This document shows, piece after piece, positions 11,212 through 22,920 of a stretch of DNA of 64,000 nucleotides. A program made the position numbers and the translations under genes. The notes below the pieces were generated by a model. The model searched no databases, was not told where the DNA came from, and saw only the letters and a program-made list of their open reading frames with translations. Source of the DNA: Nemertoderma westbladi (Eukaryota; Animalia; Xenacoelomorpha); assembly GCA_032718475.1 (NCBI GenBank), contig JAUCBJ010001241.1, positions 6,485 through 70,484 on the forward strand, in the 5' to 3' direction. Every line of letters begins with the position of its first letter. The stretch's first letter is position 1.

Positions 11212-12693
11212 ATGAGTGAACAGGTAGCCGACATTGCTCTTATAGGGCTGGCTGTAATGGGCCAAAATATAATCCTAAACATGAACGACCATGGGTTCGT
11301 AGTCTGCGCCTACAATCGCAGCACCGACAAGGTCACAGAGTTTATGAACGACCAAGCCAAGGGGACCCGAGTTGTACCGGCTTACTCCCTGGGCGAGATG
11401 GTAAGAAAGCTAAAGAAACCCCGAAGAGTTATGATGTTAGTGAAAGCCGGGCCTCCAGTCGATATGTTTATAGATAAACTCATCCCGTTGTTGGAAAGAG
11501 GAGATATAATCATTGACGGAGGTAATACCGATTTTACTGATACGCAACGGCGGTGTAATTCGTTGAGAGAGGTTGGTTTACTGTATGTCGGTAGCGGTGT
11601 TAGTGGTGGGGAGGAGGGTGCGAGATACGGGCCGTCCATAATGCCGGGAGGTCATCCGGAAGCTTGGGCCCACATTAAACCGATATTCCAATCGATCGCC
11701 GCTAAGGTTGAGGGTGGAGTCCCGTGCTGCGATTGGGTGGGACAAGACGGGGCGGGACATTACGTTAAGATGGTTCACAACGGTATTGAGTACGGGGATA
11801 TGCAGTTAATTGCTGAAGCGTATCACATCCTAAGGGATGCGGTGGGTCTGAATAGCCAGGAGATTAGCGAAGTTTTTACCGAGTGGAACAAAGGTGAGTT
11901 GGATTCATATCTGATAGAGATAACCGCAAATATTCTGAAGTTTAAAGACAGCGACGGGAAATATTTAGTGGATAAAATCCGGGATAGTGCGGGTCAGAAG
12001 GGGACAGGAAAGTGGACGGCGATATCCTCGTTGGAGTTGGGAATACCGGTGACGTTGATAGGGGAGTCGGTATTCGCGCGGTGTCTGTCCGCGTTGAAGG
12101 ATGAGCGAGTGATCGCGAGTGCACGGCTGAAGGGGCCGGGGGGCCAGTCAGGGGGCGAGGGGAGTCTGGGATTGGTTGGCACCGAACGCACCCAATTCAT
12201 AGAGAACGTTCGACTGGCCCTCTACGCCTCCAAGATAATCTCCTACACGCAGGGCTATATGTTGCTAAGGGAGGCCGCCAATAGCAACCAATGGGACCTC
12301 AACTATGGAGGTGTTGCTCTCATGTGGCGAGGCGGCTGTATTATTCGCAGTATCTTCTTGGGACGAATCAAAGAGGCTTTCACAAACAACCCCAATCTCT
12401 CGTCATTACTCCTTGACGATTTCTTCAAGGACGCGATCCACCGCTGCCAACCGTCTTGGCGTCGTGTCGTCTCTACCGCGTTCACCCATGGGATCCCGAT
12501 CCCGTGTTTCTCTTCCGCTTTGTCTTTCTACGACGGATATCGCAGCGCTCGTCTTCCCGCCAACCTGATCCAGGCGCAGCGGGATTACTTCGGGGCCCAT
12601 ACGTACGAGTTGGATGCCCAACCGGGCCGCTTCCATCACACCAACTGGACGGGAACCGGGGGAACCACTGCATCATCAACCTACAACGCGTAG
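11212..12693 (+). CDS. PGD: 6-phosphogluconate dehydrogenase, decarboxylating (NADP+), 493 aa, intronless CDS
   Basis: GLAVMGQN Rossmann motif, NRS NADP-specificity motif, VSGGEEGARYGPS, catalytic KMVHNGIEYGDMQ, GQKGTGKWT signature, MWRGGCIIRS, QAQRDYFGAHTY and metazoan-like C-terminus SSTYNA. Kozak-like CAACATG; no disablements. Confidence 0.98.
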   Translation: MSEQVADIALIGLAVMGQNIILNMNDHGFVVCAYNRSTDKVTEFMNDQAKGTRVVPAYSLGEMVRKLKKPRRVMMLVKAGPPVDMFIDKLIPLLERGDIIIDGGNTDFTDTQRRCNSLREVGLLYVGSGVSGGEEGARYGPSIMPGGHPEAWAHIKPIFQSIAAKVEGGVPCCDWVGQDGAGHYVKMVHNGIEYGDMQLIAEAYHILRDAVGLNSQEISEVFTEWNKGELDSYLIEITANILKFKDSDGKYLVDKIRDSAGQKGTGKWTAISSLELGIPVTLIGESVFARCLSALKDERVIASARLKGPGGQSGGEGSLGLVGTERTQFIENVRLALYASKIISYTQGYMLLREAANSNQWDLNYGGVALMWRGGCIIRSIFLGRIKEAFTNNPNLSSLLLDDFFKDAIHRCQPSWRRVVSTAFTHGIPIPCFSSALSFYDGYRSARLPANLIQAQRDYFGAHTYELDAQPGRFHHTNWTGTGGTTASSTYNA

Positions 12694-13119
12694 ACAATGT
12701 AATTAGCTGGAAATTAGCTCGATGTTTAGCTGTAGAAACTAATAATAGTTGCCGTTCAGGTTCTGCGGAAAATTAGAACCTGAAACATTTCACTTTTTGG
12801 TTTGATCATAAAAATAGTTATTATAGTTTAAATTATTGGGTTTTGTTCCTTACTATCTGATAAGTGTTATAGCAAACCATTTTTAAATAATGCATAATAA
12901 TAATTATTAATAATTATATAATAATAATAATTATTATTATTATTATAATAATAATAATTTTAATAATATGCAGATGTTTGTTTATTAGAATATTAAATTT
13001 ATTAATTATTCTAGCACTTTCTATGATTTCAGCATTAAGCATTCGGTTTAAACATTTCATTTAATAGAAATGATAATTGTAATCTTGTCGAATATTGTGA
13101 TAAAATACCACACGCCTTA

Positions 13120-16100
13120 ATACGTCATCCCTCACTAACGTAGTAACAATAAACTTATAGAACAAGTCATCCCTCACTAACTTAGTAACAATAAACTTAT
13201 AGAACACGTCATCCCTCACTAATGTAGTAACAATAAACTTATAGAACACGTCATCTCTCACTAACGTAGTAACAATAAACTTATAGAATACGTCATCGCT
13301 CACTAACGTAGTAACAATAAACTTATAGAACACGTCATCCCTCACTAACTTAGTAACAATAAACTTATAGAACACGTCATCGCTCACTAACGTAGTAACA
13401 ATAAACTTATAGAACACGTCATCCCTCACTAACGTAGTAACAATAAACTTATAGAACACGTCATCGCTCACTAACGTAGTAACAATATAAACTTATAGAA
13501 CACGTCATCCCTCACTAACGTAGTAACAATAAACTTATAGAACACGTCATCCCTCACTAACGTAGTAACAATAAACTTATAGAACACGTCATCGCTCACT
13601 AACGTAGTAACAATAAACTTATAGAACACGTCATCCCTCACTAACGTAGTAACAATAAACTTATAGAACACGTCATCCCTCACTAACGTAGTAACAATAA
13701 ACTTATAGAACACGTCATCCCTCACTAACGTAGTAACAATATAAACTTATAGAACACGTCATCCCTCACTAACTTAGTAACAATAAACTTATAGAACACG
13801 TCATCCCTCACTAACGTAGTACCGTAATTCGGGGTGACTTGATACAGTTTTTGCCTTTAACTGTGAATATCCTCTGAAGTTTTTATCCTACACAGATGGA
13901 ATAAAAATACAATTTTATAGTCGGGATGAGTACTACACCACTAGACTAAAGCACTATTTCAGGTGCTTAGTCTAGTGGTGTTTTTTTCGTAAAAACCAGC
14001 TGTATCAAGTCACCCCACATAACGGGGTGACTTGATACACAAGCAAATTTTCCGCAATAATACCACTCTGTGAATGAGTTTGGATCATGTTGTAGGCTGT
14101 GGGGGTGACTTGATACATCTTGGAAATTTAAAAAAAAGAACGAAGTCCCCACCTAACGGGGATATAAAATTATGGCTGAAATTAAAAATAACTCCATTTT
14201 TTATGGCAAAATATTTCATATTTAACAAGTTAAATTGCACTTTAAAAACGAAAAAGACCTTCATTGTATAGTGTCATCCTGACACCAGTAAGTAAGACAA
14301 AACATTTTAGAAAAAACTGCAAACTAAATCAATGAATTTAAGCACAAATTTTGCAAAATCAACGTTTAAGTCACAGGTATCAGAACATTTTCGCCTACAT
14401 TATACCATATATATGTATCAAGTCACCCCATTTTGAGACACACTTTCAAAAAACGGGCACTCCACCCCCAATTCATATGAAAATTTGTAAATTTTTTTAG
14501 GATCATAACATTCAAACTCATCTATTAGCATCTGTAAAAATAATTTTTGAACAACATTAACCCAAAGTGTCAAAAATTCGACCTATATTTTGACTTTGAA
14601 AAAAAGTGAATTTTTGAACAATACATTCTTGGCTCTAGAGATCACAAATGCGAAGCAATGACAAAATTTATTTTACTATTTGATAGACAATTTATTCTGA
14701 CATCTTCTAATATTTCAATTTTTATCATAACATCACGCAATCACCCACAATCCGTTAAAGAAAAAAAGTATAACTTGCTGTATCAAGTCACCTCAATGTA
14801 TCAAGTCACCCCGAATTACGGTAACAATAAACTTATAGAACACGTCATCCCTCACTAACGTAGTAACAATAAACTTATAGAACACGTCATCCCTCACTAA
14901 CGTAGTAACAATAAACTTATAGAACACGTCATCGCTCACTAACGTAGTAACAATAAACTTATAGAACACGTCATCCCTCACTAACGTAGTAACAATAAAC
15001 TTATAGAACACTTCATCCCTCACTAACTTAGTAACAATAAACTTATAGAACACGTCATCTCTAACAGTCATCCCTCACTAACTTAGTAACAATAAACTTA
15101 TAGAACACGTCATCCCTCACTATCGTAGTAACAATAAACTTATAGAACACGTCATCCCTCACTAACGTAGTAACAATAACCTTATAAAACACGTCATCCC
15201 TCACTAACGTAGTAACAATAAACTTATAGAACACGTCATCCCTCACTAACGTAGTAACAATAAACTTATAGAACACGTCATCCCTCACTAACGTAGTAAC
15301 AATAAACTTATAGAACACGTCATCCCTCACTAACGTAGTAACAATAAACTTATAGAACACGTCATCCCTCACTAACGTAGTAACAATAACCTTATAGAAC
15401 ACGTCATCCCTCACTAACGTAGTAACAATAACCTTATAGAACACGTCATCCCTCACTAACGTAGTAACAATAACCTTATAGAACACGTCATCCCTCACTA
15501 ACGTAATAACAATAAACTTATAGAACACGTCATCCCTCACTAACGTAGTAACAATAACCTTATAGAACACGTCATCCCTCACTAACGTAGTAACAATAAA
15601 CTTATAGAACACGTCATCCCTCACTAACGTAGTAACAATAAACTTATAGAACACGTCATCCCTCACTAACTTAGTAACAATAAACTTATAGAACACGTCA
15701 TCTCTAACAGTCATCCCTCACTAACTTAGTAACAATAAACTTATAGAACACGTCATCCCTCACTAACGTAGTAACAATAACCTTATAGAACACGTCATCC
15801 CTCACTAACGTAGTAACAATAAACTTATAGAACACGTCATCCCTCACTAACTTAGTAACAATAAACTTATAGAACACGTAATCCCTCACTAACGTAGTAA
15901 CAATAACCTTATAGAACACGTCATCCCTCACTAACGTAGTAACAATAAACTTATAGAACACTTCATCCCTCACTAACTTAGTAACAATAAACTTATAGAA
16001 CACGTCATCTCTAACAGTCATCCCTCACTAACTTAGTAACAATAAACTTATAGAACACGTCATCCCTCACTAACGTAGTAACAATAACCTTATAGAACAC

Positions 16101-16733
16101 GTCATCCCTCACTAACGTAGTAACAATAACCTTATAGAACACGTCATCCCTCACTAACGTAGTAACAATAAACTTATAGAACACGTCATCCCTCACTAAC
16201 GTAGTAACAATAAACTTATAGAACACGTCATCCCTCACTAACGTAGTAACAATAAACTTATAGAACACGTCATCCCTCACTAACGTAGTAACAATAAACT
16301 TATAGAACACGTCATCCCTCACTAACGTAGTAACAATAACCTTATAGAACACGTCATCCCTCACTAACGTAGTAACAATAAACTTATAGAACACGTCATC
16401 CCTCACTAACGTAGTAACAATAACCTTATAGAACACGTCATCCCTCACTAACGTAGTAACAATAAACTTATAGAACACGTCAACGCCCACTAACTTAGTA
16501 ACAATAACCTTATAGAACACGTCATCCCTCACTAACTTAGTAACAATAAACTTATAGAACACGTCATCCCTCACTAACGTAGTAACAATAAACTTATAGA
16601 ATACGTCATCGCTCACTAACGTAGTAACAATAAACTTATAGAACACGTCATCCCTCACTAACTTAGTAACAATAAACTTATAGAACACGTCATCCCTCAC
16701 TATCGTAGTAACAATAAACTTATAGAAGACGTC
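13120..16733. repeat. 42-bp minisatellite array interrupted by a DNA transposon
   Basis: Unit CACGTCATCCCTCACTAACGTAGTAACAATAAACTTATAGAA, about 60 copies over 13120-13821 and 14822-16733. Confidence 0.97.
13822..14821. mobile_element. pogo/Tigger-like non-autonomous element (1000 bp) with TA TSD
   Basis: Perfect TIR CCGTAATTCGGGGTGACTTGATACA. The TA of the satellite unit (GTAG-TA-ACAAT) is duplicated at 13820-13821 and 14822-14823. Internal copies of GGTGACTTGATACA occur in both orientations. Confidence 0.93.
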
Positions 16734-18067
16734 TTGAGTATTCTCCATTGATTATAACCATTGTAGGATATAGTTGCTACAGTAACTGCAATTAATCGCT
16801 GATGGGCAAAAACACGATTTCCAAAATTCCGATATGTTTAAAACGTTTTATTTGTTTAATGTTTTTTAATTGATTTTTGGACTCCTTTTAAATCTGAGTT
16901 ATGTTGAATTAATTAAAATTAAGAAATTAATTAAAACTCATGTCATAACGCTGAAAAGTGTTACTTTTCACACAATGATGTAAATTTGTAAATATTTATT
17001 TCGGCGGAAATGGGTACTTTAATTTATTAAAAATATGCCTTGAAGGCGGCGAAATGTTCACTACGTTGGTTAATATCACTAAAATATGAAAATAAGTAAT
17101 GATAAATGTAGGAATATTGGTCGAGCATTGACGCTAACCATATACACCATATACCTTTAATATAACAACCATTGTTAGCAAGTCGGAGCCCCCCCCCCCC
17201 CCCCCCCCCCACGGCCCACCCCCTAACAAAATTTTTCAAATTTTTTTAATCAAATGCTACGAAATTTGGTCTAACGAAAGTTCGACACCTTTTCTTACTG
17301 CAACCTGCAGGATTTTAGCTACAACAAGCCTTTTATAATGCCTATTTAACAATACTTAGCCATCTCTTATCGGCTTTTTCTTCGTATTTGGAATGTAATA
17401 ATATAGATATCATTAGAACCGCTTTCGTCTGCTATTCCAAATCTGAATACAGAAAACTTAAGTTTTGCACAAAGTAAGAATTATATTACTTTTGAGGGTT
17501 CCTCTTTCCTACAACAACTATCTACATATAAATAAGCAGTTTCGTTATTAGTTAATTTAGCATGAAATCGGCGCATTATTTAATAATTTGGGTTATGATG
17601 TGAAGGTTTTCGGTTCGAATCCCACGCATTTCGCAATATTTGTGATTGGTAGATACCTGGCGTAATTATAATTAATTATAGTTTGTATTCATATAAATAT
17701 AACTACATCTCATAAAAATGTAAATAGCAATATTGTTAATTCACAATCCATTTTTCAGTGTTAAAATTATGAATTCGCTTTTCTTATCATAAGAAATTCC
17801 TTCTGTTTGAACCCACGCAACCTTTTTTCATCAAAGAATTCTCATCAATGAACCTAAAATTAATTGTTTAACGATTGGGATGTCATTGTTGGGTAATTCG
17901 ATGAGAACATGATTGCATTACCATAATGGCATGTCTGTAATCTGAATACGAGCAGCTTGTCTCTAATCAACTTCCTATTGTTAAAAGAAAAATTGTTTCA
18001 TTAACTATAATTGCCCAGTCGGAAGCCTATAGTGATTCTCTAAGAAGGATACGTCACATATTGTTAC

Positions 18068-18263
18068 ACTAGCTTTATCTTACCTATTAACTAGGGACCC
18101 TAGCTCTATCTTACCTATTAACTAGGGACCCTAGCTCTATCTTACCTATTAACTAGGGACCCTAGCTTTATCTTACCTATTAACTAGGGACCCTAGCTTT
18201 ATCTTACCTATTAACTAGGGACACTAGCTTTATCTTACCTATTAACTAGGGACCCTAGCTTTA
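18068..18263. repeat. 31-bp tandem repeat (~6.5 copies)
   Basis: Unit ACTAGGGACCCTAGCTTTATCTTACCTATTA, which contains the interrupted palindrome CTAGGG-A-CCCTAG. Confidence 0.95.
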
Positions 18264-19719
18264 TTCTTTATAGTTGAATAAATAACGAATTCTTAGTTCC
18301 TTTGAATTGTTTACTGTTTAGGTCCCTACGGTCTCGAAGTTGAATACGTGGTTGATTATTTATGATTGCTTTGGATTATTCTTATTATTTATGTTGCTTG
18401 TCGATTAGTTGTATAATATTCAATAATAGCAATATTACAGTAGTAATATCATTTATTTACGCTTGTTTGTAAAGTTGAACTTGTTACACAAACGTGCCTA
18501 CATTGCAAGTGAAAATAAAGAGCGTGGATCAGAACGCTGTTATGAATAACTTTATTCAAAAATTGTAACATTACTCAACGCAGTTAGTATTAACAGCGAG
18601 TTGTTATTTAGCACTTTACAACTTTAGAGGACATTACAGCATTGTATTGGCCTTTACAATTAGTATTGTATTGGTATTATGTAAGGTCCCGACGGCGTGA
18701 CTGTAAAGTCACCCCGTCATGGTTACCACATAAACAATAGTTGGTATTTATTATTAATATAATAACAGCCAGATAGGCCTACTGCTACTGCATTACCTAC
18801 CAGTAGCTATTAATAACCAGTAGCTCTAAAGTAGTAACATGGCACCAACCGCCACCATAAATATAAGCAACTTATTTATAACATAATTTATGTCATTTTT
18901 ACATTTATTTATACAGCAACTAATATACTTCGTGGAGTTTCTATCACTTATAATGTATATTTACAGTCATTTCGTAATGTTACATTTTGGAATAAAACTA
19001 TATACATACTTGTTGCAAAGTACTTTACAGTGTTCTGATCCTCGTGGCTTTATTTTCACTCACTCACTAACGTTCGTTCGTGTAATAAAGCCACTCGGAT
19101 CATCACACTAGTAAAGTGCTACTTTACACACAAGTATGTAAATAGTTATTAGGAAACGGCTACCGAAGTGAGATTGCTTATTAAATAGTTATGGAACTTT
19201 TGATTTTCAAAAAACGTGTGAAGTTTTTGGTGGAATTTCACGAATTGATATAACGTCAATCTGTAAATAATTTACACGCAATTTTAGCTAATCAATTTTA
19301 CAACATTACTTACAATATTAGATGTACTGGTACGTCTGGTACACTGGTTTATCTAGTTAGTAATTCAATCCATATATTTGTAAAAGTCACTTTTTTTGTT
19401 AAATTCGTCACAAGTTTGACAAAAAAAGAACACATTTTCAAAAAAAAAAATTATTTTCGAATTACATTTATAAGTATCCCTATCCAACCCACCGATTTCG
19501 GACAAGAATTTTGGAATAATAACTTTTAACTAATAACTGTTGTGTTTAAAATACACCCTATCACTTTATGTTGTGCTGTTTCGAGTGGTTTTTTTATACG
19601 CATGAATGTGTGCAACAGTATGTAACTGTTGTTGGGATAAAGATATTACTGACCGACATTATTTCCAACCAAATAATTAAATTATGTATGTCATACAAAT
19701 TATATATGTACAAATATCG

Positions 19720-20205
19720 ACTTACATAAATTATTGTCTTATTATACTTTGGGGCAATGCCCCCTCCACAGTCTTAAAACCAATTCGCACAAAAATAAAC
19801 GAACTTCTTCGTTGCATCTCTTTCACCTACCACTCTGATACTCCAATATTCAAACAGTTAATAATATTACCACCTAATTTATTATATGAATATCAAGTTG
19901 CTTCATTATGTATTCTGAAATAATATAAATCCCACATTCGAACTTTCCAAACTAATTCAAAAACGAAACACAGTCCGCTCACAGTTTACCAGACTAGACT
20001 AGCTACTTGACTAACTACTAGACCTACCAGATCGGCTGTCAGAAGAGACTTTACACTCCCCCTATTCCATTTTATTTCAACTCAACGGTTCCTGAGCTTT
20101 CGTGGCCCTCATGTCTGGAACTCGCTGCCCGACGAACTCAGGTGCAGGAAATCTAAATCACTCTTCCAATTTAATCTTAAAAAACACCTCTTCAAAAAAT
20201 ATAAC
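19720..20205 (+). mobile_element. Decayed L2/CR1-group LINE 3' end
   Basis: Translations YINYC..WGNA...LKPI...LLRCI, TPIFKQL.ILP, HSLPD/YQTR-like and SFRGPHVWNSLPDELR...FQFNLKKHLF. Confidence 0.75.
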
Positions 20206-21169
20206 CTATTTTTTTTCCGACTAATAATTTAATTTATCCTATAAATATTGCTCGACGCTGCTACTTTAATTTTAAGCATTTTTTTCCAGTTTCACAATAA
20301 ATCTAAGTCTTATTGTATTTAAATTGTATCTAAATTATATTAAATTTTTTATTTTTTATTTTTTATTGTTTCTTGTTTTAATTTTCATCTCCAAATATTT
20401 GTTTAGATCCGCACAGCTGGTGGAAACATCAGAATTATTAATATCATTATAAACTTATCATAACGTGAACTTTATTATATTACTTTTATAACATAAACAT
20501 ATATCGTATAAATCAATAATTTTATATATTTTTATTTTTATATTTTTTATATTTTATTATTATCTATTTTAACTTTACATATATACAACGACGTTTGATT
20601 TCTAGCCTACTACTGTATGCTGAGTGAGGTATGTTTTGCCCACAAATTCCGATCTATACCATTGTTGGGTTTTTTTTTGAGTTTTTCTTAGAGTTTTTAT
20701 GAGTTGTGAGTGGTCGTCCAGAAAAATTCCCTCAAATTATTTACCCGTGGAGAAATTTTTTTTACAGACCCCTAAATATAGCAACGGAAACAATTTGCTT
20801 AGGTACGGTTGGCATGTAATACGTGTAGCGGAGAAATGATAGCTGACCTATGTATTAGATGCAAACTAGTTTACTGGTACTGCATAAATTCAGTAGTAAA
20901 ACTCACTACATTTATTCTCCCTAAAATCAATTACTGTCCTTTTCACAAATATTTATTCTCCTTAAATACAGCGAGAAAAAATTAATTGTATGAAAGCTGT
21001 ACTTCCGGTGTGAAACTTCCTGTATGAAACTGTTGATGTGACCATCGCTTTCAGTAAGAGTAAAGTTTTCTAAAGCCGTTAGACCACGAATTATCCACAA
21101 ATTGTGACGTAGTCCCTGTGCAATGTGCAGTGTGCATTCCCCCAAGAAAGTTATCCAGATGTATTGTAT

Positions 21170-22120
21170 TAATTTAGCGTCCGTCTAAGGATACCAGGAA
21201 GATATGAACCTGGGATTGCCTCTATAAAGGGTCTCGATGAGGAGGGGCCACTGTCCTCGCCAGACGCTCTTTGATTTCCATGAAATGTCCTGGAGTGTTG
21301 GAGATCTAGGATACAAGTGTAGCTGTATGTTTGTTCCCACTCTGTTACCATATGGGTGGCCGGATATAACCCAAGATGGGTGCTTTCAATGCACCTGCGG
21401 GTAGTTGTGATGTTCCCAGCCAGTGCATAATCTTGTGATTTGGCAGCCTCATGGAGTGAATAAGCATGGTCGACAGCCCATGACTTTCTTGAGACGCCTA
21501 TTAAAGGACACTGCTCTTGATGATGCGGATGATCTAGCAAATGCATGGGACTATTCATTCCTGTTGCCTTAGGTGTCCCATAAACTTCGACAGTCCTCAG
21601 GAAATGTGTCATCAGGAAATGTCTGATCGTATGAGCATAACCATTAAGGATGGATCCGGAAGTCAGGTGAAGATTTCGTAAGGGGAAGGCATGGGCAGCA
21701 TTGAATGGGTTGTCCAGGATTTGGAAGTCACAAAGGATACGTCGAAAACTTAAGGTTCGACTATATTTTAGAGCAGCAGCAGAACCAGTTCTATATGGGA
21801 GTCCAAATCTCTGGATGGCACATACACAAGAATGCACCGTGTCAAGTACAATGCACATATATCCAACCAGACGCTATATTATAGTATTGTAATATTGGAG
21901 GTGACTCATTGGTCCCTCCAAGCTTGACACTTGCACAGTGCTTACGTCCTGAGGACCAGCCTGTGGACAATCTTGTGGTTTATCAGACCCACGGTGAAAA
22001 TAAGCAAGCTGAGAGCTCATGTCATTCCTAGGACGTCTCTTCAAGGACACTGACCTCGATGCTGTTTTGGGATAATCTCGCGAAAGTCATGGGGGATAGG
22101 GAATTATGGCGGCGAGTTAT
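21170..22120 (+). mobile_element. Rearranged decayed RTE fragments (same family as 38635-40305)
   Basis: About 21418-21545 and 21650-22110 match the 3' part of the 39.7-40.2 kb copy (GKAWAALNGLSRIWKS..IRRKLKVRLYFRAA). Confidence 0.8.
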
Positions 22121-22204
22121 CTATCAAGGATGATGCTGGTTGGTAGCACGGAGTGTTGATAGAGTTTATTCAGTTTATCGGTCCACATCACGTACCTGAG
22201 AATT

Positions 22205-22920
22205 TGACAGAAAGCAGGTAGGCCTATGTGGCCCACCTTACCTACACATGTGGCACTTGGCATCCTTCATGGCGGAGTTTACATGCAGCGGGTGTTTCGG
22301 TTTTCTCTTTCTGCACAATTCATCAGTGGTGGGGGTTACCGGGAGGCCATTCATACTTATGAATTCTGACCAGAACCTGGGATATGATCTGCTAATTCCA
22401 ATATTGCTCTCAAAGTTCTACGGTGTCACCAAGCTCTAAAGCTCTTCCAGGGGATCGAGAATGAGTTGAAGTTCTTGTTCAGGACCTACCTGCATGCAGC
22501 AATTGAATTTGATGCTGTCAGTAGAGGGACACCTGTAGTATGTTGTGGAATGTCTCGGCAATGTTAGTGTCATCGGTGATGTTGATGTGGAGTATCATAG
22601 TGAAAATCGGCTCTAGGTTCTGAGCAGTCGCATATCTTTCTTGGAAACATGGAGGGCTGTTGGTGCCGTGTGTGAGTGCACCAGACCTCCCACCACTGAC
22701 ACCACCGATTGTATATTTGCATAGGCCTGCTCGTATGCTGCATTGTCTTTCTGCTGCATGCGTATCTCAGTTAAGAGGTCGAGGATCCTCTATTGCAGTA
22801 TCTCGCTGCACAGCACCTGAATCACGATGTGCCATACGAGTTGAGTGAACACGACGAGTGTTGATGGTCCTGTCATCTGAACCAAGTTTGGAAGGTGCCT
22901 TGATGTCGGAGTCAGGCATC
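22205..22920 (-). mobile_element. Possible decayed LTR-retrotransposon gag fragment
   Basis: Minus strand reads AMKDAKCHMC-(frameshift)-KVGHI at about 22225-22275, resembling a CX2CX4HX4C knuckle of Gypsy-type gag. The flank has multiple stops. Confidence 0.4.

Noticed and set aside
11212-12693. Bacterial HGT or contamination origin of PGD
   Set aside because: Residues such as PCCDWVG and the C-terminal HTNWTG.GG..SSTYNA are eukaryote/animal-type, and the flanks are host repeats.
11382-12776. Short ORFs overlapping PGD on either strand
   Set aside because: Shadow ORFs of a GC-rich CDS with no recognisable motifs.
13061-16748. RDDVFYKFIVTTLV repeat ORFs
   Set aside because: Translation of a 42-bp minisatellite, broken by indel variants and a transposon.
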